Source: Candidatus Cloacimonadota bacterium
GTDB taxonomy: Bacteria; Cloacimonadota; Cloacimonadia; Cloacimonadales; TCS61
Assembly: GCA_023137125.1 (NCBI GenBank)
Contig: JAGLPW010000012.1
Coordinates: forward strand, 1-30,303
DNA length: 30,303 nucleotides
Direction of reading: 5' to 3'
The first letter of the stretch is position 1; each line of letters begins with the position of its first letter. The notes beneath the pieces were generated by a model that was not told where the DNA came from, ran no database searches, and worked only from the letters and a program-made list of their open reading frames with translations. Below are positions 25,117 through 30,303 of the stretch, piece after piece. The position numbers and the translations under genes were made by a program.

Positions 25117-26862
25117 CTAAAATTTCGGTGCTTCCTTCAAATAAGATTTCTTTCCATCCAGAGTCTTCCAAAAATTATCTGCCTGACTTTGGAAAGTCTC
25201 TTTAGAAAAACCTATGTTAGTGATAGCCATCATCAGATCGACGTCAATCTTTCCTTCATTAACAATTTGTTTTCCAGCTGTTTCACAAATCTCAGCAATT
25301 TTATCTCTTCTCTTCTTATAAACCGGATATACAATAGATTCAGCGGCGGGAAGAAAAAATTCTCCCATCAACGAAGTTTTTTCCATATGACTACTGAAAC
25401 AGCGGAAAGAGTATTTCAAACCATCAAAATTATGTTCCACTTCCGGAAATCCTGATGCGCTGAAAACTACAAAACCTTGTCCTTTATCTTCTTCGTAGCG
25501 GTGCGGATGCTGGGTTTGACCATTTTTTATAAGCATATAGGGTTTCATATTCGGTAAAAGTCTGTCTAAGAAATTCTTCATAATTCCCGTTACATTGAAT
25601 ATGTATAATGGAGAAGAATAAATTACCAGATCTGCTTCCCGAAGTTTGATTCTTAATTCAGTCATATCATCTTTATAAATGCATTCTCCTGGAGTTTGCG
25701 TCCAACATTGATAACAACCGGAACAGGGATTTATCTTTTTGTTCTTTAGTTTAATGAATTCAATTTCTGCTCCAGCTTCCTGCAAACCTTTGCAAAAGTT
25801 ATTAACCATAAAAGTGGTTTTACTCAATTTTTCGCTTCGTGGTCCACCATCTAAAACAATCACTTTTTTTATTCTTTTAGGTTCAAATGTTTTATACTCG
25901 AGAGTTGTATTTACAGGTTGTTTTATTTCCGGTGCAGGTTGATCATTTTCAGGTGAAAAGAGAGAACCGAGATTCAGCAAAATGGAAGCATCACCTTCCA
26001 CAGAATATTCTTTATTCATAAAAGCAGCATCACCGGAAACTTCATTATTAGAAATTTTCAACCATAATTCCGAATTTGAAATAATTGTTGTTTTAGGATT
26101 TTCAGCAATTCCTTCCGTGTAAGTGCACTCTTTATTTTTTATTTGAAGATAACCGTTTGTCGGCTCTTTTCCCGAAAGTTTAAATTGAATCAATTCATCT
26201 AAACCTTCTGCTTTTTTGGCATTCAAACCATACGGCATTGCCTGAAAAAGTTTCTTGATTGAAGTGAAGTGTAATTGCTCTCCTTTCACTTTTTGCATCA
26301 AGATTTTCGGAAGTTTCAATGTTAACGGAATTCCGATAATTACCTGCAATAAAATCGGAACAACAGTTGAAGCAATCATTTGAATTCCGCTATCGCTTGA
26401 ATATTGTACTTTGGTCAAAACAATTGCAACAGCAAAAAGAAATACCCAAATATAATTGATAATTAGATTTATCTTTAAGAATTGCTGACCTTCTGTAATT
26501 GCTTTCGGGTAATCTTTTACTGAAAACTCAAAAGTAAAAGGTTTCATCTTGAAGAGTGGTGGGAAAGCAGCGACAATGAACAATCCGAGATACAATCCCA
26601 CGATGATATTATGGAGATAAATTTCTCCCAAAAGTGGGAATACTAAAACCGAAATTCCACCGAGAACTGCAACTCCGGTGAGTCCAAACATAAAGTAAGT
26701 TGAGATCTTCATTTTCATTGCCAACAGCAAATTCAATATCAAAATAATATTGATTATCAGCACAAACGGTTTCATCGCTTCCAAGCTGTGCATACTTGCT
26801 TCCGATAAAACATTTAAAGCAATTACACCGGCGAACGGTAAGTTTTTGATTATAGCTTTCAC
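25117..26862 (-). CDS. Fusion protein: about 6-TM membrane domain + SCP2 lipid-binding domain + Isf-like FMN-reductase-fold domain
   Basis: About six hydrophobic helices in residues 1-190. SCP2 pattern ELIQFKLSG....GYLQIKN.ECTYTEG......TIISNSELWLKI.....SGDAAFMNKEYSVEGDASILLNLGSLF. Then KKVIVLDGGPRSEKLSKT...INPCSGCYQCWTQTPGECIY (CX2CX2CX7C)...ADLVIYSSPLY. GTG start overlaps the upstream stop (GTGA). Confidence 0.75.
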   Translation of the reverse strand: MKAIIKNLPFAGVIALNVLSEASMHSLEAMKPFVLIINIILILNLLLAMKMKISTYFMFGLTGVAVLGGISVLVFPLLGEIYLHNIIVGLYLGLFIVAAFPPLFKMKPFTFEFSVKDYPKAITEGQQFLKINLIINYIWVFLFAVAIVLTKVQYSSDSGIQMIASTVVPILLQVIIGIPLTLKLPKILMQKVKGEQLHFTSIKKLFQAMPYGLNAKKAEGLDELIQFKLSGKEPTNGYLQIKNKECTYTEGIAENPKTTIISNSELWLKISNNEVSGDAAFMNKEYSVEGDASILLNLGSLFSPENDQPAPEIKQPVNTTLEYKTFEPKRIKKVIVLDGGPRSEKLSKTTFMVNNFCKGLQEAGAEIEFIKLKNKKINPCSGCYQCWTQTPGECIYKDDMTELRIKLREADLVIYSSPLYIFNVTGIMKNFLDRLLPNMKPYMLIKNGQTQHPHRYEEDKGQGFVVFSASGFPEVEHNFDGLKYSFRCFSSHMEKTSLMGEFFLPAAESIVYPVYKKRRDKIAEICETAGKQIVNEGKIDVDLMMAITNIGFSKETFQSQADNFWKTLDGKKSYLKEAPKF

Positions 26863-27443
26863 TCTTTAGTTCCAACCTTGTAAGCTTTTTCTAACCATTG
26901 CTTTCTCTGTTTCTTGGAAGACGTTCTAACAGAACCGAAATAATGTTTCCCTACAAATTTCATTCCAGTAAAAGTGATAATATCTTTCATCATTTTTCCA
27001 CCCGGATCACCGACAATTAAATTCATATAAAATGGCGGGGAATCCATTGTAGAAAGAACCCTTGTCGTTCTGCCGGTTAGTAGTTTATCCCATTTGGGGA
27101 TTGATCCTTTTGATTCAAGATACTTAAATGCAAATCCGGGTTCCCAGATTCTTTCAATAAATAGTTTTAAAATTGCCGGTGGAGTTGCCCACCATGTAGG
27201 ATATGTAAAAGTTAGATGATCTGCCCAAGAAATAAGTTCTTGAGCATTTTGCAGATCTGAGGTTAATTCAGGGCTTGGATTGTGTCCATTTTTTAGAAAT
27301 CCCTCTAAATCCAATTTTCTTAAATCTATAGCTTTAATTTCATTTCCCGATCTCTTTGCTCCTGTAATATACTTGTATGTTAGTGCATTACAAAAACTAT
27401 CTTCTCTGGGATGAGCTTTGATTACTAATATTTTCTTCATCAA
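26859..27443 (-). CDS. NAD(P)H dehydrogenase (quinone)-type flavoprotein (Flavodoxin_2 / NQO-MdaB-KefF-like)
   Basis: MMKKILVIKAHPREDSFCNAL at the N-terminus and ADHLTFTYPTWWATPPAILKLFIERIW. Both are hallmark segments of the Flavodoxin_2 family. AGGAGA RBS. Confidence 0.85.
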   Translation of the reverse strand: MMKKILVIKAHPREDSFCNALTYKYITGAKRSGNEIKAIDLRKLDLEGFLKNGHNPSPELTSDLQNAQELISWADHLTFTYPTWWATPPAILKLFIERIWEPGFAFKYLESKGSIPKWDKLLTGRTTRVLSTMDSPPFYMNLIVGDPGGKMMKDIITFTGMKFVGKHYFGSVRTSSKKQRKQWLEKAYKVGTKE

Positions 27444-27458
27444 ATTCTCCTGATATTT

Positions 27459-28274
27459 TTAGTTTAAAATATTTCTTTTTAATTCATTATAGAAGGAAAT
27501 GTTCAATCTTCTGTTATCTTTCATTTTATCGGAAAAAATTATGGCGTTCTGTGGACAGTTATGAATACATTTAAGACAGAACTCACAATTATGCGGATCG
27601 AAAGCAGGAATTATTTCTCTACTTTCCCAACAATTTCTAGGACAGTTATTTACGCAAATATTGCAATTAATACATCTCTCTTTGATAATATGCATCCTGC
27701 TTTTGTATTTCTTATAAGATAACTCTCCAAAATACAAAAGGATATTATTAAGCGGAACATACCATTTATAAGCTGGAATTCTCAATTTAGCTTTAGAAGA
27801 ATTTAAGGTTTTGGATATTACATTAACTGCTTTCAGGATCTTTGCATTGATCTTTTTCTCATATTGGAAAATTCTTGAGCTTAATTTTGGAAACAGTAAT
27901 GCTCCATCGCTTGCCGGTCCGATGAACTGAAAATAATTAATAGTTACTACGTTTTTTTTATCTAGTTTTTTAATAAGAATACGCAGAGTATTTCCAGAGT
28001 ATAAAGCACAAGTTGTGAACACAAGCGCTTTTACTTGTTTTTGGAAAAACGGCATTCTATCCACAAATTCTTTCATTGATAGTGAAGGTTGGCAACTATA
28101 AGTAGGGAAGCCAAAGATCAGAAGATCATAATTCTCTATTTGTTGATAATCGAAAGAGCTGCTGATCTGAGAGATGTCAATTTCACAAGTTTCAGATAAT
28201 CTCTCAGATAAAACTTCTGAGATCAGTTTTGTGCTTCCAGAACCTGAATGATACAGAACAAGGACTTTTTTCAT
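27459..28274 (-). CDS. Flavodoxin-like domain fused to 2x[4Fe-4S] ferredoxin domain (EFR1-like architecture)
   Basis: KKVLVLYHSGSGSTKLISEVL at the N-terminus. CINCNICVNNCP and CEFCLKCIHNCP at the C-terminus. Paralogous in architecture to 20430..21374. Confidence 0.8.
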   Translation of the reverse strand: MKKVLVLYHSGSGSTKLISEVLSERLSETCEIDISQISSSFDYQQIENYDLLIFGFPTYSCQPSLSMKEFVDRMPFFQKQVKALVFTTCALYSGNTLRILIKKLDKKNVVTINYFQFIGPASDGALLFPKLSSRIFQYEKKINAKILKAVNVISKTLNSSKAKLRIPAYKWYVPLNNILLYFGELSYKKYKSRMHIIKERCINCNICVNNCPRNCWESREIIPAFDPHNCEFCLKCIHNCPQNAIIFSDKMKDNRRLNISFYNELKRNILN

Positions 28275-28297
28275 AGCAATTTCCTGCTTTTACCTCA

Positions 28298-28723
28298 CTA
28301 ATACTTTAGTTTAATTTCAAGTATCATATCTTCTTTCACTTCAAATTTCGCTTTATCAAATTTCGGCGGACCGAATGTTCCAAAAACATTATTAGAAAAT
28401 GCATAACCTTCTTTTGGAATACCTAGGAAATTTCTATCCATTTTTACATTGGAGTTTTCATCATGATAAATTGCGATTGCATATACACCCTCCGGGATAT
28501 TTTCAAAAGTGTGTGTAATTGACTCTTGGTCTGCCTGAATAAATGCTCCAGCAATAACATCACCTTTTGGATAGCTTTCTTCACCCTGGAATAACCCGAT
28601 AGAAATTTCACCTTCCAAATTTGTAATATCTGTTATGGTAACCTTTATCAAATATCCTGCTTCCTGTGCAAAGCATAAACTTGCTAATACAATTAAAATG
28701 ATCATTAAGAATAACTTTTTCAT
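28298..28723 (-). CDS. Secreted DUF2141 family protein
   Basis: Signal peptide. GEISIGLF......YPKGD, YAIAIYHDENSNVKMDRNFLGIPKEGYAFSNN and GPPKFDKAKFEV fit the DUF2141 pattern. Confidence 0.7.
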   Translation of the reverse strand: MKKLFLMIILIVLASLCFAQEAGYLIKVTITDITNLEGEISIGLFQGEESYPKGDVIAGAFIQADQESITHTFENIPEGVYAIAIYHDENSNVKMDRNFLGIPKEGYAFSNNVFGTFGPPKFDKAKFEVKEDMILEIKLKY

Positions 28724-28724
28724 T

Positions 28725-29243
28725 TTAAATTTCTCCTTTTATTTGCTTTAAATAATTAGTGTACCAACCCAAAATAAATGAATAATAACCAATTCCAAAT
28801 TCTAAAGTGGCCATTTCATATTTATTACAATTTTCTCTCACTTGAGGCACATCCCCTAAGTTATGCATCGTCTCAATATGCATTTTTAATTCTGATAAGT
28901 AGTTTTCCAATATCTGAATTTTTTCATCTTTAGAAACATATGGAAAGAAAAACAATCGCAATAACATATCGTTTTTTACTTTAGAAACTCCAACTTTGCT
29001 GTTCAACCATTCTTTAAAGGCAGATCTACCAGATTCTGTAATTGTATAGATTTTGTGCAATCGTCCATTTGATACTTCTTCTTCAGTTGTCACAAGTCCA
29101 TTTCTCTCCAACTTTTTAAATGCTGGATTTATGCTGCCCTGGCTTGTACTGAAGAAGAACTTTGTACTAAGTTCCATTTTTTTTCTGATATCATATCCAG
29201 TATATGGTTTTTGCATTAACATTCCGAGTAGAATTTTTTCCAT
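28725..29243 (-). CDS. PadR family transcriptional regulator
   Basis: LLGMLMQKPYTGYDIRKKME....SQGSINPAFKKLERNGLVTTEEEVSNGRLHKIYTITESGRSAFKEWL is a classic PadR winged helix. AAGGAGA RBS. Confidence 0.9.
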   Translation of the reverse strand: MEKILLGMLMQKPYTGYDIRKKMELSTKFFFSTSQGSINPAFKKLERNGLVTTEEEVSNGRLHKIYTITESGRSAFKEWLNSKVGVSKVKNDMLLRLFFFPYVSKDEKIQILENYLSELKMHIETMHNLGDVPQVRENCNKYEMATLEFGIGYYSFILGWYTNYLKQIKGEI

Positions 29244-29253
29244 ATTATCTCCT

Positions 29254-30303
29254 TTAAAATTTTATTCCGAAACCAACACTTAGTGAATTTATTATTTCAA
29301 ATTCTTTAGCAAATATCATGTCGCTGCGATAGGTTACAAATGGGAGGAATCCAATACTGTTATCCGGTTCCCAGCCAAGGTTGGTAGAATATCCAATTAC
29401 ATTTTCTTCATCTTCTCCATAGCCAAAATACCCGATAGTTCCCATACTTGCGTTAAACCAGTTAAATGGTTTGGCTTCTAAAATTACTCCGATAGATGTA
29501 TATGGATTTTCAGTGTTGAAATATGTTACATCAAGACCCCATTTTTTATCTCCGGCGTTAAGTAAAAACCTGCCGCCAATATGTGCAACAGTTTCTCCAT
29601 TTGTTGTTAGAATTCCATAACCGAAATGCGGACGGAACATATAATTACTCTTTTTAGCAGAGTATTCTATTTCCTCTCTACCTTGAATTTCTTCAAGTTT
29701 ATAACCGTGTTTCCCTTTGCCGATCTCCTCTAAAATATTTATCTCTACTATTGGAGTTTGTTTGTTATCAATTGAAAGAGTCATATTGCTCAAGTCATAC
29801 ACATTTGACCAAACTGTGGATTTCTGCGATACTTTATTTAAGATATTATGAATATCTGCGATGGAATAATTTTCACTTTTTTGTAATTCCTCGCTGGCAA
29901 TATCAAACCTTGTAAATGAGGTTTTGCTATCTTGCTCCAACGAAGGATCGGTGAGAAAATGATTTGTGATTATTTGATTCTTTTTCTCATCACGAATGAC
30001 GATAATTTCCTTATTAAAATATTCGACAACTGCCGATTCACCAGATATATCCACGATTTTGTAATGAACAACCGGATTTCCCAGGAACATTCCGAACAGA
30101 TTGGAGTATTTGGAGAATATCTTAATTGCTTCATCCACAGTAGAAGCATTCTGCAAAATCACTTCTACCATTTCAAGACTTTTTCTCATCGGTTTGAAAA
30201 GTGAAAGTGGTGTTTTGGTGTTTGGAACAGCAGCAATGCCGATGAACAGGCCTTTGTTATTAACTCCTTCGTAGGGCATTGTTTCACTAATTATTTCCAC
30301 AAT
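29254..30303 (-). CDS. Ntn-hydrolase (choloylglycine hydrolase/linear amide C-N hydrolase-like) domain fused to a C-terminal 8-strand beta-barrel; N-terminus outside window
   Basis: The ORF is open to the window edge. YEGVNNKGLFIGIAAVP, QIITNHF and STVWSNVYDLSNMTLSI resemble CBAH/Ntn-hydrolase segments. The last about 130 aa show eight amphipathic beta-strand-like segments rich in G/Y/F, ending in SVGFGIKF (terminal Phe, outer-membrane barrel signature). Confidence 0.6.
   Translation of the reverse strand: MVEIISETMPYEGVNNKGLFIGIAAVPNTKTPLSLFKPMRKSLEMVEVILQNASTVDEAIKIFSKYSNLFGMFLGNPVVHYKIVDISGESAVVEYFNKEIIVIRDEKKNQIITNHFLTDPSLEQDSKTSFTRFDIASEELQKSENYSIADIHNILNKVSQKSTVWSNVYDLSNMTLSIDNKQTPIVEINILEEIGKGKHGYKLEEIQGREEIEYSAKKSNYMFRPHFGYGILTTNGETVAHIGGRFLLNAGDKKWGLDVTYFNTENPYTSIGVILEAKPFNWFNASMGTIGYFGYGEDEENVIGYSTNLGWEPDNSIGFLPFVTYRSDMIFAKEFEIINSLSVGFGIKF

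Noticed and set aside
25106-25171. 22-codon N-terminal extension of the 23723.. gene suggested by the ORF track (start at 25171)
   Set aside because: The extension would overlap the 3' end of the upstream gene by 55 nt. The internal ATG at 25105 has an AGGAGA RBS at proper spacing and starts exactly at the conserved MKIIVLNGSPKG flavodoxin-fold strand.
1-30303. Searched by eye for CRISPR arrays, tRNA/rRNA genes, transposase or integrase genes and toxin-antitoxin pairs
   Set aside because: I found no regularly spaced direct repeats and no tRNA-like T-arm/acceptor patterns outside coding regions. No ORF had transposase, recombinase or typical TA motifs. Absence is based on manual reading only and should be confirmed with tRNAscan-SE, Infernal, and CRISPR and IS finders.

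Overview
Low-GC (roughly one-third G+C by eye) bacterial chromosomal segment with 29 credible protein-coding genes. I recognise no rRNA, tRNA or CRISPR array. The T9SS-type C-terminal sorting domain, TonB-dependent receptor and beta-barrel proteins suggest a diderm of the FCB-superphylum type; this is inference only. Left third (1-11 kb): engB (partial), queD, a zinc-ribbon membrane protein, a fused tandem deoxynucleoside kinase, an e(P4)-like acid phosphatase, a TonB-dependent receptor, a secreted C1 cysteine peptidase, an EEP-family protein and a class I glutamine amidotransferase. Middle (11-20.3 kb): a small P-loop kinase, a very AT-rich DUF4365-like nuclease-fold protein, an AlkD-type DNA alkylation repair protein, a lipoprotein, an ordinary sdhCAB/frd operon, a small membrane protein and a large secreted transglutaminase-like protein. 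Right third (20.4-30.3 kb) is the unusual part. It is an almost uninterrupted minus-strand block of flavodoxin-fold and Fe-S redox genes under two xenobiotic-type regulators. A TetR operon with paired palindromic operators sits next to a tightly packed seven-gene PadR-containing operon. That operon includes a membrane-SCP2-iron-sulfur-flavoprotein fusion, a tandem FMN-reductase-fold protein, an NQO-type reductase, a flavodoxin-ferredoxin fusion, DUF2141, and an Ntn-hydrolase fused to an outer-membrane beta-barrel. Between the two operons lie a 3'-end remnant of a paralogous gene and the only plus-strand gene of the block. That gene is a GC-richer SRPBCC ORF followed by an attC-like folded repeat, and its boundaries look like an integron-type gene cassette. 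All functional calls rest on motif recognition by eye; no searches were run.
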